From Cladosporium halotolerans (Eukaryota): DNA of 64,000 bases. A program made the position numbers and the translations under genes. Below are positions 49,686-60,898 of this stretch, one piece after another (the first letter of the stretch is position 1; every line of letters starts with the position of its first letter). The stretch lies in NCBI RefSeq assembly GCF_011745625.1, contig NW_027191474.1:248001-312000 (forward strand), written 5' to 3'. The notes beneath the pieces are model-generated. The model was not told the DNA's origin, ran no database searches, and saw only the letters and a list, made by a program, of their open reading frames with translations.

Positions 49686-50766
49686 TTAAGCTGCGCCAGC
49701 GGCGTGGTCGACCGCGAAAGAGACGGCATCCTCGTGGACGAAGTCGTCGAACGAGAACGGGTTGCTGCTGCCAAGCGAGTCGTCGAAGCCCGAATCATAC
49801 GCTCCATTCTCGAAGGAGAAAGAGTCCAGATTGCTAGCAGGATCTGCTGGTAGCAGGTCCGTAGCTGAAACGCTAGAAGGGTCGTGAAGATGCTTGTCCA
49901 CCATGAACTGGCTTGACATGTCGAAGAAGGGCTGCTGGAGGTGGGCGTGTGATTTGACGTCCGGCTCCTGCGCAGGCTCGACGGACACTGCAGGTCACAC
50001 AACATTTCTGCAGAATGTTGTGTCTCGTCGAGGTGCGGGAGCGAGGCGGACTTGGGGTCCAGAGCTTCGAATGCCGGCGGTGCGATGGTGGTGGGGAGGT
50101 CTGTGGGTTCTTGCTTGATGGTGGGATATGTGCTTGTGACGGTGTCGGCGGGTGATGCGGGGCTCGCGGCGGCGTCGATGGAGCCGCGAGATGCCACGAG
50201 AGAGGGTGCTGGTGTCGATTCGCTACTGTTGGAATATGTCAGCGGTGTACTGATGGCGTGTGGAACTGGTGAACATACCCCTCGGTGCAGAGCTGCACTT
50301 CCGGGAGGACGACGTCGGAGGGCAGAGGCCCGTGCAGTCTGCGGTAGGCCTCGAGTTCTGCGTTGGCGCGGGCGAGCAAGACGGCCAGCGTCTCGGCCTC
50401 TTGCCGCTTGCGTTCCCTCGAGTTGTGCGCAGCGGCCCTGTTGCGCTTGATGCGCTCGATGCGGCGCTGCTCCTTCTCGTCGTCGGTCTTGGCGCGTTTT
50501 CGAGGAGGGAGGGTGGTCTTGGGCTCGGGGAGCTCCTGGCCCCACGACTTCCTCTTCTTCGCAGGCTTGCTCTGAATGATGACGGGGGGCGGTGATGCTT
50601 GTGTGGACGCGGCGCCGGCGTTGTCGAAGGAGGCGGGCGAGGGCGACGAGCCGCTCTGGAGGTCCTCCATCTTCAGGTACTGTGGTGGGGATGTGTTTGA
50701 ATCCATGTGTTGATCGAGAAGGGCGGCGGGGGAAGAGAAGTGGTGGGGTTGGGTGGCGGTCTCCAT
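49686..50766 (-). CDS. HAC1: UPR bZIP transcription factor HacA/Hac1 (spliced form: exons 50766-50279, 50225-50011, 49990-49686; unspliced form ends at 49490)
   Basis: KPAKKRKSWGQELPEPKTTLPPRKRAKT..EKEQRRIERIKRNRAAAHNSRERKR. 53-nt GT-AG intron at 50278-50226 and a 20-nt CTG|CAG-bounded non-canonical intron. Confidence 0.95.
49991..50010 (-). other. Ire1-spliced unconventional 20-nt intron of HAC1
   Basis: CAACATTCTG|CAGAAATGTTGTGTGACCTG|CAGTGTC; both cut sites lie in 7-nt CTGCAGN loops. Confidence 0.92.
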
Positions 50767-52189
50767 GGCGGATTGTCTACAGGCAGGACCCTCTGTAAAT
50801 GGATGGAGGCTCGCGGGGGTGATGAGGACAGGTAGCGTGGAACGGCGGGCAGGCAGCGACTCTTTGTAGGAGCCAGCTGTTCTTTCAAGGGGGCCCGCGG
50901 GGGGGCTCAGCCGCAGCCGGCAGGGGCCGCAGGGGGGCCGTGCGCGCGCGGAGGGGCGCGACGAGGAGGGCAGGCGCCGGATGAGGTAAGACGCGCGAGT
51001 CGGCGGAGGATAAGGGTGGATGTTATAGTGCAGACTAATAATAAGGTAGACGCGCTCTGCACGCCCGGCCGCGGTGAGGTGCGTACGGGGGGGAGTCGAG
51101 AGTGCTGCCGTATGCCGTATGCGACGCGGAGGGCGGACGCAGCGAGTGAGCCGGACCCGGCACGGTGAGGGCGGCCGAGGAGGCAAGGCACGCTGGGTAC
51201 GGTACCGCGGGCCAAGCCTGAGGCGGGAAAGGTATGTTGGACGAATTCCCTGCGGCGGTGATGTGTGCCTTCAAGGTGCCCAGAGCGAGGTAGACAAGTA
51301 CCACTTCAGCCTGTACTGCTGCCGGCAGCCTGTCGCATTGCCAGGCCCGGATCACGTGCCGGCGATGGAAGGTTCCAGGCTCTGGAGAGACAACGGCGCA
51401 TCTCAGCGTTGCTCGGCTGGCTCAGCGCGTTTCACATCTGCCTGCCGTGCCTGCCCCGCCGTCTGCCTGCGCCGCAGTGGCCGCCTGAGACACCTTCCTA
51501 CCTGAGGCACTCGCCGACCGCCTGCCCTGCCGGACGTGCGACTCGTGCCTCGCGCGGACTGAGGCAGCTACGGCGTTTCATCGTCACATTATCTCGTAGG
51601 ACCCGTCTGGTACAGTAGGTACCGTCAGTACATGCACTCTCCGGTGGAGTTCGTGTCGTCCAACGCCGCGATGACGCGTGCGTGCGCCGCGTCTGCCGTC
51701 TGATGCCGTCTGCCGCTGGGGGCTGCTATTCCTGTTGTTCCAAGCCGACTCCACGCTGAGCAGGGCAGCGCAGCGCAGCAAGGCAGGGCGAGGTCGCGCG
51801 GAGACGTCATCGCCACCAACGCTGCCTGCCACGCCTGTGTCGTTGCGCTTGCGTCCACCGCTCCACCCGCCCTCTCTCTGCTATGCCTGAGTGGGCCTTA
51901 GGAGCGAGTCTCACACCGCTAGGCACCACAATCGTTGAGCGACACACCACCGCTGCTAGGCACCGGACAAACGCAACGCGTACTCGGCCTGGCGAAATAC
52001 TATCGAAACGCGCACGAGCCACATACCACTGGGCTAAGCACCGAAGGAGCAACAGGCTCACGGTATAACGATCGATCTGGGACTGCCAGGCGACTACGCC
52101 TTACAGGGCGGCACACTGCTGGAGCACAACACAGCCCCGGGAGTCGACTTGAGGGCCGGGCTCCGGCTTCACGCGTCAACTCTCACACC

Positions 52190-54091
52190 ATGCCCTCCTC
52201 CACAAAGTCCGATGCGGGCAGGGCGGGCCTCAGCTTGACCAAGTCTGGCGTCGACAATCCCATACCCGCCCAGCATGGCGGCCTGGGTCAGGCAGAGCGT
52301 GCCTTCTCCGCCGTGTCGACCTTCGTGTCCGGCATCATGGCCATCTCGGCCTCTCAGTTCATCGGTGCACCGCTGAAGCTGGTCGACCCCAAGTTCTACG
52401 ATGGCTACATGGCCTGGACCAAGGAGTCGTTCGCTGTTCTCGTGACGACCATCACCCAATGGTGGGCTCCGACTGTCGTACGAGTGAGCGGCGACGACAG
52501 CATGAAAGGGCAGCTCTACCAGATGGACGACGGCACTCTCAAGTGCAACTTCCCCCACCGTCTGGTCTTGATGGCTAACCATCAGCTGTACACGGACTGG
52601 CTGTATCTGTGGTGGGTCGCGTACACCAACAAGATGCACGGCCGCATCTACATCATTCTGAAGGAATCCCTCAAGAACCTTCCCATCTTTGGCTGGGGCG
52701 CGCAATTCTACAACTTCATTTTCCTGAGCCGGAAATGGGAGACCGATCGATTCCGATTCAAGCGCGCCTTGAACCACTTGAAGAGTCCCAGCAACCCCAT
52801 GTGGTTGTTGATCTTCCCCGAAGGCACCAACTTGTCCGGCGTGACGAGACAGAAATCTGCGGCGTGGGCGGAGAAGAGCGGTATCAAAGACATGAAGCAT
52901 CAGCTGCTTCCTCGGACGACGGGTCTTCAATTCTGCCTGAACGAGCTCCGCCAGACCACCAACTGGCTCTACGACTGCACAATCGCTTACGAAGGGATTC
53001 CGAGCGGTATGTACGGTCAAGACATCTTCACGCTCAGGTCGTCGCTCTTCGAAGGCAGACCGCCCAAATCTGTCAACATGTACTGGAGACGCTACCGCAT
53101 TCAGGATATCCCAACAGACAACGACGAGGCGTTCGGAAGGTGGCTGACCAACAGGTGGCGAGAGAAGGACTATCTTCTCGAGTATTTCTACAAGTTCGGT
53201 TCTTTCCCGAGCGAGGATCCCACTGTTGCTCTGCAAGCGGTGGAGGGAAAGAAGGAGCCGAAGCACGCCAAAATGATTTCAACGGAGGTCAGAGGTGGAG
53301 GCTGGGATGAATTCTTGAGCATCTTCGGGCCCATCACATCAGCAGCCGGCGCTCTATCCTCGGTGGACTTGACAGAGCCCATGAACTTCGAAGCATTGCT
53401 GGGCAAAGTCGCGATGGCCCAGAACATGAACTTGGCAGACCTCGCGCGAGCAGGTACGATGCCCGCGACGAGCCAGGAGGCCATCCGGAAAGCCATCTTC
53501 GCCGCAAACAGGCACAAGCCGCTGCCGAAACCCCTCTACAACAAGCTCATGCAAGAAACGCCCACGACGCAAGCCGAGATGAAGAAGCTCCTCGAGACGT
53601 CCGCGCCCCCTCCGATGGCGAAGAAGGCCGCGAAAGCGCCCGCCAAAAACGCCCCTCTCTCCGCAGACACCGCCAAGAACATCGCCAACGTCTCGCGGCA
53701 GGCTCAGGCAGCGACGCCGAAGGCACCCACCGCCCAGCTGCCGCGCAAGCCCCAGGACGTGCAGAAAGCCATGCCGATGGCCAAGGTAGAGTCCATGGTC
53801 ACGCGGCCCATCAGCACCATGGCCGTGCAAACGGCCGGGTCGAGCCTGCGCAACGCAGCGGCAAAGCGGGCGCAGCAGAAGGGCGCGGCTCTGCCAGGCC
53901 AAGGCGCGGCCGCCGCGCAAGCCAAGGGCGCAGCGAAAGCGAACGGGGCCCCGAGGGCACCGACCGTGAGGCAGCCGGCGCCTTCGAGGCCCGCTTCGGT
54001 GAAAGCAGGGAAGTCCGCGGCCAGGAAGCCGTCTGCTCGCTCGAGGCCGATGGGCACGGTCAAGTATGCGGACGGCAAGGTGCCGGCGTGA
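52190..54091 (+). CDS. PlsC-family lysophospholipid acyltransferase (Cst26/LCLAT1-like) with long low-complexity C-terminus
   Basis: NHQLYTDW (HxxxxD), FIFLSRKW..D, LIFPEGTN, LLPRTTGL, YDCTIAY. Confidence 0.9.
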   Translation: MPSSTKSDAGRAGLSLTKSGVDNPIPAQHGGLGQAERAFSAVSTFVSGIMAISASQFIGAPLKLVDPKFYDGYMAWTKESFAVLVTTITQWWAPTVVRVSGDDSMKGQLYQMDDGTLKCNFPHRLVLMANHQLYTDWLYLWWVAYTNKMHGRIYIILKESLKNLPIFGWGAQFYNFIFLSRKWETDRFRFKRALNHLKSPSNPMWLLIFPEGTNLSGVTRQKSAAWAEKSGIKDMKHQLLPRTTGLQFCLNELRQTTNWLYDCTIAYEGIPSGMYGQDIFTLRSSLFEGRPPKSVNMYWRRYRIQDIPTDNDEAFGRWLTNRWREKDYLLEYFYKFGSFPSEDPTVALQAVEGKKEPKHAKMISTEVRGGGWDEFLSIFGPITSAAGALSSVDLTEPMNFEALLGKVAMAQNMNLADLARAGTMPATSQEAIRKAIFAANRHKPLPKPLYNKLMQETPTTQAEMKKLLETSAPPPMAKKAAKAPAKNAPLSADTAKNIANVSRQAQAATPKAPTAQLPRKPQDVQKAMPMAKVESMVTRPISTMAVQTAGSSLRNAAAKRAQQKGAALPGQGAAAAQAKGAAKANGAPRAPTVRQPAPSRPASVKAGKSAARKPSARSRPMGTVKYADGKVPA

Positions 54092-54820
54092 TTTTGTTCT
54101 GTATGATTAGCGGGGGTTGCATGAGATATGACCACATTGATATATATATAGTAAATTTGAACTGTAATTTCAAGCCATCCTACTGCTACTTCTGTGAAGT
54201 GATTTGGCACGGTCGCCAGCGTGGCCGTGGCCTCGTTGCATGCGCGGGTGCATGGCGGTGCTTGACACGTAAGTACCTTACCATTCTCATCAGCTTCACT
54301 TCGCATGAAGCAATGATCGGATGGCTTGCTTGCCACTTTCTGGGGAAGGCAGTAGTAAAACTTGGATTTCGTTGCGTAGTCATGAGACTCTGTCCTTGCT
54401 TCAAGTGATTGTCGCACGTGTTGCGATTTGGTGCCGTCAATGTGTGAAATGAACTGTCGTTGGTCCAACATCAGGCCAGCGTCCAAATGAAGAGCTGTAT
54501 TCGACAAAAACAGTGCCATGAACCCCCAAAACCGTCAAATCAGCATTAAAGCGTGATCGCAATTTCCTCAGATTAGCAATAATTTCATTACGTGTGAGCT
54601 ACGATACACAACTCGATGGTCGGGCGATTACCTGACCTCAGACAGCCGTCCCTCCCATCCCAAGCCGCAACCCCAACCCTAACCCTGGCGCTCTTTCATC
54701 AAAGCGCGGCCCGGAACGTCACCTCGCAAACTTCCGAACTTCCAATTCGATCTCTTCGCCGCCGTGAGAAACGCAGCTGCAGACACTGTTTCTGCAGCAC
54801 TCGTCAATAGAACATATACA

Positions 54821-55996
54821 ATGGCTCCGCAGTCGAAGTCGAAGGTTGGTTGACCTGTTGTTAAATGGAATGGACTGTCTCTCGCTGACCACAAAATAGA
54901 AGCGCAAGCTCAACAACGATGAGCCGTCGACTTCGGCCGTCGATACGTCGAAGCCCACCGCGGTCTTCAAGCCGACGAAGGGCAGGAAGCACACACTGAG
55001 TCTGGCCCTTCCCGGCAGTATCATTGCAAAGTGGGTAGCATAAACTCCCAGCGTGGAAATTCCCTCTTCCCAAGACGGAAAGCAAATACTAACAGGCCCC
55101 CCAGCTGCTCCACGCACGAGATGAAAAACGCGCTCGCGGGCCAAATCGCACGCGCCAGCGCCGTCTTCTGCGTCGACGAGATTGTCGTCTTCGACGACGG
55201 ACAAGCGGCCACTCGCCCGCCCGAGAAAGACGGCTACACCGCGTACGCGGACCCCAACTTCTTCCTGTACCACGTGCTCAGCTACCTCGAGACGCCGCCG
55301 CACCTGCGCAAAGCGCTCTTCCCCATGCACCCGGACCTGCGCACCGCGGGCGCGCTGCCGAGCCTCGACATGCCGCACCACCTGCGCAGCAACGAGTGGT
55401 GTCCGTTCCGCGAGGGGGTGAGCGTGGGCGCTTCGCGGGTGGGTGGTGGTGGTGGCGAGGCGGCGACGGAGCTGGACTGCGGGTTGGCGGAGAGGGTGAG
55501 CGTGCGGGTGGAGCTGGAGCCGCGGACGCGGCTGACGGTGCGGGTGCCGGAGCGGGAGGGCGGCGAGGGCGAGGCGGTGGCGCCTGAGGCGCCGCGCGAG
55601 GAGGCCGGGTACTACTGGGGCTACAGCGTGCGGCAGGCGGGGTCGCTGGGGGCGGTGTTCACGGAGTGCCCGTTTGACGGCGGGTACGATGTGAGTGTTG
55701 GGACGAGCGAGCGCGGGACGACGCTGGCGACGCTGCTGGACAGGTCGGATCCGTCGTATGTGGAGCCGAGCTGGAAGCATCTCGTTGTGGTGTTCGGTGG
55801 CGTGGCGGGCCTTGAGGCGGCGCTGTCGGCGGACCGGGAGCTGCTGAATGCTGGCGTTACTGAGGTGAAGGACCTGTTCGACAGGTGGGTCAATCTGGTG
55901 CCCGGGCAAGGCAGTCGGACGATCCGGACGGAGGAGGCTGTCTGGGTTGGGTTGGCGGGCCTTCGCTCGGTGGTGGAGGCGAGGTCTGCGGTGTGA
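54821..55996 (+). CDS. SPOUT-family RNA methyltransferase, DUF171/SPOUT1-like (introns ~54846-54899 and 55031-55103)
   Basis: LSLALPGSIIAN, GQIARA.AVF.VDEIVVFDD, YLETPPHLRK, GYYWGYSVR, GTSERG, PGQGSRTIRTEEA. Confidence 0.9.
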
Positions 55997-58141
55997 GAGG
56001 GGAAAGTGATAGGTGAAGGGCGCTGAAACCGCCGTGTGTACTTTGCATGCCTGTGGAAATTTACAGGCTGGATGGTTTCAGATCACTATCGATTTGGATC
56101 GGATGCGTGCCGTCTTCCGACGAGGCGAAGAGGCAGATACATCACTCATCTCGCGGACATCAAAATTTCAGACCATCGGCGGGGAAATGTCTGGTGACTG
56201 CTCGACAAGGTGGACATGATAGGATCGTGGCGTTGAGTGAGACGAGATACCAATTCGATGGATGCAACCCAATTACCACAAAGAGAGAATTGAGAATCAA
56301 CAGGGACGCATCCAGGGCAACTGCTCGCATACCAAGACGAGTGCCTCTTGAGCATTTCGGAAACTATACAGAGTCGTCACGGCAGGCAGCCAGGCCACAA
56401 ACAGTCACAGAAATAATAATAATGAGCTGCCGTCAACATCTGCCACCCGGCGCCGTGAGTGCAGACAAGATCGATCGATCATCTCACCAGAGCGACAAGC
56501 TTGCCATCTCGCAGGAACGCAGATTTGTTAGCCGCGAACCGATCATTTCACAGCAGAACTTCAGGGTCAAGCATCACCTGGCTTGCGGGACGAGGTGGTG
56601 GAGCAGCCTCCTACGCGGACGCCGCACGACACTGCGGCGAATTGCGTCAGATAAGTACGGTATCCGCATACCTACGCCACGCAGAATCCGGGCAGTAGCA
56701 ATTCCACGTGAGTTAAAGTGCGATTATTGGCCGTGGGAACGGTGGCTCGGCTCAGCGAGCCCTTGACGCCAGACACGTGGGTGCCGACACAGGCAATGTT
56801 GGGGGCAGTGGGGTTCGCGCAAAAGGCGCGTGCGTTGGATAGATTGGACGTGGATATGAGGGCTGCATACAGCAGACCTCCGAGGGGCTGGCTCTCGCGT
56901 GGGCGCACTCTACCACTGCCGGCGCAGGTACAGCAGTGCCGGCGCAGCAGAGGTGGCAGGCTTTATAAGGTAAGCTGCCTAAGCGAGCCTCCGAGTGCGA
57001 CCTCCAGTCCGGCGGGAGGGCGGGCGTGGCTGCCGGGCCGGCTTGACTCGCGCGCATCTTCACGTGCACGCGGCGCTTGACAGCTCTGCACCATCTCCAC
57101 CGCCGGACTGCCCTGCCGTCCTCGCTCAGACTCCATTCTGCACTCCGGCTGCTCGCTGTCTCCTCGCTCGCTCTTCACAACCCGCATTGCCCGCCCGGCG
57201 CAACGGTGCCGCTCTCGCCTCGCTGGCCCCCGACTCACATTCCCTGTCGGCTGCCCGGCTGTCTCCCGCCTGCCGCCGGTGCGCTCGCGACGTGCCCCGT
57301 CTTGCCAACCGTCGTGCCATCCTTCACCTGTCACAGAATCCTTTCCGCCATTCCTGCCGGACCGCCTATCTCTTCCTGCCGCCGATGGCCGTGACCAGCG
57401 TCTTCGACGACATACAGACCTCAGCGTTCGCCTGCTCGCCGGTGTACAGTACATCTACAGTACTGGCCCCGTGGACAGCCCTTGAGACGCCGCGCGGAGA
57501 ACGGCGTCCGGGCCACCTGCTGATGCTGACTCGCGACTTGACCGGCGTGCTCTTCCCCTGCTGCTGGCCTGTGACCCGCTAGATGCTGGTCTGTCGCCAG
57601 CGCAGGCCCGCCGTGTTTCGTTCCATCGCCGCCCGTCACAACGGCGACAGCCTCCAATCTGATCCCCTTCTCCGCTCAGCCCTCGAGCAGCCGTTGGGGG
57701 CCTCCCACGCCTGCCGTGCCTGCCGTCCAGCGATTGCCGTGGAAAAGCGTTGCGGAGCGCGCTGAGAGCTGCATCTGCCACGAGACGCGGTCGTGCAGGC
57801 CGTTCGGGGTGCGAATGAGGCGCCTGTTAGCTAGGCCGAAGGTAGACCTTCCGCGCTCTCTCGAAGTCGAGACTGCGCTGCCGTGGTGCGTGCTTACCGT
57901 GCACAGCATGCCACTACCATGCTGTGCAATCTGTGCCTTCGATCGTCCCCTCATCCTTGCTCTGATCGTCGCTCGCGCAGCGAGCACCTGCCCTGTACGT
58001 GGATGATTGTTGCATGCCAAACCCCGTTTCAGTTGCTTCTCACCACCCTGGCGCCCGGATAAGGCCCTTCTCCCACCCAGTTTCTGCTTCTCCAGTCTCC
58101 CCGTCCTTTTTGAGTTCTGACTTGCTCTGGTGGCTGCGACC

Positions 58142-59383
58142 ATGGATGACAGGAGCCCGCCAGTCTGGGGCGTGGGGATTGCGTTTTTCATTCTCACTTG
58201 GACTGCTGTCGGGTTGCGGATATGGGTGCGAGCAGGGATGATCAAGTCCTTTGGACGCGATGACTGGACCATGCTGGGCACGCAACTTCTGAACACCGCC
58301 TACCTCGCCTGCCAGCTTGGTGGTCTCGTCTACGGCACCGGCAGACACGTTGAGGATCTCGAGCCGGAGAGGGCGGAGAGGGCTTTGAGCGTAAGCACAC
58401 CGTGATCCAGCTGGCCTCGTGTCCCCTTGCTGACAACCCCGACAGTACTGGTTCTTCTGCGAAAGTTTTTACGTCCTGACGACCTCCCTCCTCAAGGTCA
58501 GCATTGGCTTTTTCCTGCTCAGAGTGGCGACAGACAGGCTCCATGTTTGGATCATCCGCACAACCATGGCGTTGACCGTACTCCTCGGTCCAATTCTTTT
58601 CTTTGTCTTCCTCTTCCAGTGCAGCCCGATCGACACATTCTGGAAACTCGACCCTCAAGGGACTTGCCTGGACACGGATGTACTCGTCGGTCTTGTATTT
58701 GCGATCTCTGGCATGAACGTCGTCGCAGATTGGACTTTCGGCTTGCTGCCTTTCTGGATCGTGAAGGATCTGCAGATTCCCATGCGCCAGAAGAGGTTGG
58801 TCGTCGGGCTCCTGGCGTTCGCTGCCGTCGGGTCCACGGCGACTGTCGTACGCCTGCCCTACGTTCCTGCCCTGCACGACAGTGCAAAAGGCCGCGAGGG
58901 AGATTTTCTTTGTGGGTTCCGAACCGCTGCGGAATTCAATAGCAACAAGCTAAGCTAACAAACCTCCCAGACACCACCACAGACATCGCGATCTGGTCGA
59001 CGGTCGAGAACGGCGTCGGCATCACCGCCGGCTGCGTCGCCACGCTCCGGCCCCTCGTCTCCAAAGCGCTCCACCGTTTCGGCGTCCGCAGCACGCTCGA
59101 CCCCTCGAAAGCCACCGACATCCCAAAAGACATGCCTCGCGGCCACCGCATGTCGCTGCACGCCATGTCGTTCGGCAACCGGGCCGTCAACGGGCACGGC
59201 ACCGTCACGACGATCACCGGCCAGCGAGGCAACGACGGGTCGCGCGGCAGCAGCGAGGAGCCCCTGGCCCCGACGTACCCCGGCAAGATCGGGAAGACGT
59301 TCTACGTCGAGACGGAGACGTCGCGCGTCACGGACGAGGAGGGCGCGAAGGAGTTCCGGGGGCCGTATTCCGGATTGCGATGA
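58142..59383 (+). CDS. Pth11-like (rhodopsin-domain) integral membrane protein, 3 exons
   Basis: LRIWVR...FGRDDW, KVSIGFFLLR, FQCSPI..FW, D.TFGLLPFWIV..LQ, IWSTVE.GVGI.AGC.ATLRPL. Introns at ~58391-58445 and ~58912-58969. Confidence 0.88.
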
Positions 59384-60898
59384 CGATTGGGGTATGATTG
59401 GTGAAAATGAAAAAGTTTGCACGGCGTTTGGAGGGTCTCGTCATAAACTGTACAAACACAAGCGAATCGAATTCCACACGCGACCGAGACGTTCACCCGT
59501 AAGCAGGCTGACTGAGGCCTTTGGCTTGGCGCCGACTTCAGCGCTCGCGAGGAAGAGCACATACTGCGTTTGCGGCTCACCGTGCCATCGTATGATGCTG
59601 TGGCGTACAACCGATCCCATAAGTATCCCTGAAACCAAAAACACATACAAGATGCCGCGATTGTTGGCGGCGACCGGCTATGCAGTCCGGAATCTTGTCG
59701 CTGTGTTGCCCCCCGGGCTTGGGGCGCCACACACGTGCAGTAGCTCGAGGGCTTTCGCAAGAGATAGGCGAAGTCGGTTGAGGATTCGAGACGTGCTAAT
59801 AGGAGGATCGGCACTCGGCCTGGTTCGAAGCTATTGGCTGCTTATATTGCCCGCCGTCCGGCTCCTGCATGAACGGGCACTTGTTCGACACGCCAGTGCG
59901 ACTCAACCGCATGTGGAGTATTTGCTCCGCAGGTGCACAAACTGTCGACTTCGGAATGGATGCTTGTCAGATCGTCCGATGTCTGTAGTTCGTTGCCGAC
60001 CTTCGTGGAGCACGAGTCTTTCTCGATAGCGAGTTGTCTGGTCAACCCCAACCCCATCCCTACTCGGACAGTGATACACACAATCCCTGGGCGCGCTCCA
60101 GTACCGACACCAATGGATCCAATCGGTTCATTATAGGCACTGCCGCCTTGGCCCAGCAGCCATGCGGCGCATTCGCGCTTAACGTCCTGCCGCTCATCTC
60201 GCTGCACTGGACGGCAGAGATGGATACATACCCGGACTTGCAGGCGTTGCGGGAAAGTCTCTGCCGCCACGCTGCGCGAAAAGAAACTCATCTACGCGGA
60301 TGCACTGTCTCGAGGATCGTCAACAACTGCCGAAGGCTAAATAGAGCGGCTCGATGATCTCGAGAAGATTATTGCAAACCTTCTATGGATGCGAATCGAT
60401 CGTCGCATTGTTCGCCGCAATCCCCAAAAGACAAGGAATTGCGAGATAGTCGTCACGTACGAAGGGAACTGTACCGACATCGATCTGCTGAATGTCTCGT
60501 TTGGCAGCTCATATTGCATGCTGGATTACTGGGGAGGAAATACGCCAGTACATACTCAGTTTCCGTGGAACACAGCAGATCGTTGGATTGATTATGCATT
60601 GAACATGCTATACATATCATCACCATCATCAGCGTTATTGGAAGACAATCAAGCTTGAGGACTACTATGACCTCCAAACTTATCGCCAGGCCCGGGGTCC
60701 GCCCACGGTAGGTAGGTCGTCGTCAGAGCGTCATGCCGTCTTGGCCCGGCGGCCATGCAGCGATGCGGCGTAGCCCCTGCGCTGGACATCCCGCACCTCG
60801 TCTTGCCGTCAAGATAGCGTAGATGTACACCCACGCCCGCAGTGCTTGCACTTGCGCTCTTGCTGCCACAATGCAGACCTGGCGTGCGGTCGACTGTG

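Noticed and set aside
54633..54646. CCAACCCTAACCCT telomere-like/Tbf1-type motif upstream of the SPOUT gene
   Set aside because: Only about two units; indistinguishable from chance without conservation data.
31547..55909. Long antisense ORFs (e.g. 31547-32296, 36043-37017, 40228-41265, 52169-53266, 54719-55909)
   Set aside because: Shadow frames of high-GC3 genes on the opposite strand.
56000..58100. Overlapping ORFs of 100-240 aa between the SPOUT and Pth11-like genes
   Set aside because: No recognisable domains; consistent with GC-rich promoter/UTR sequence.
59400..60800. Possible degraded gene (ORFs 59394-60029, 60034-60357, 60389-60658)
   Set aside because: No motif or consistent exon structure I can support.
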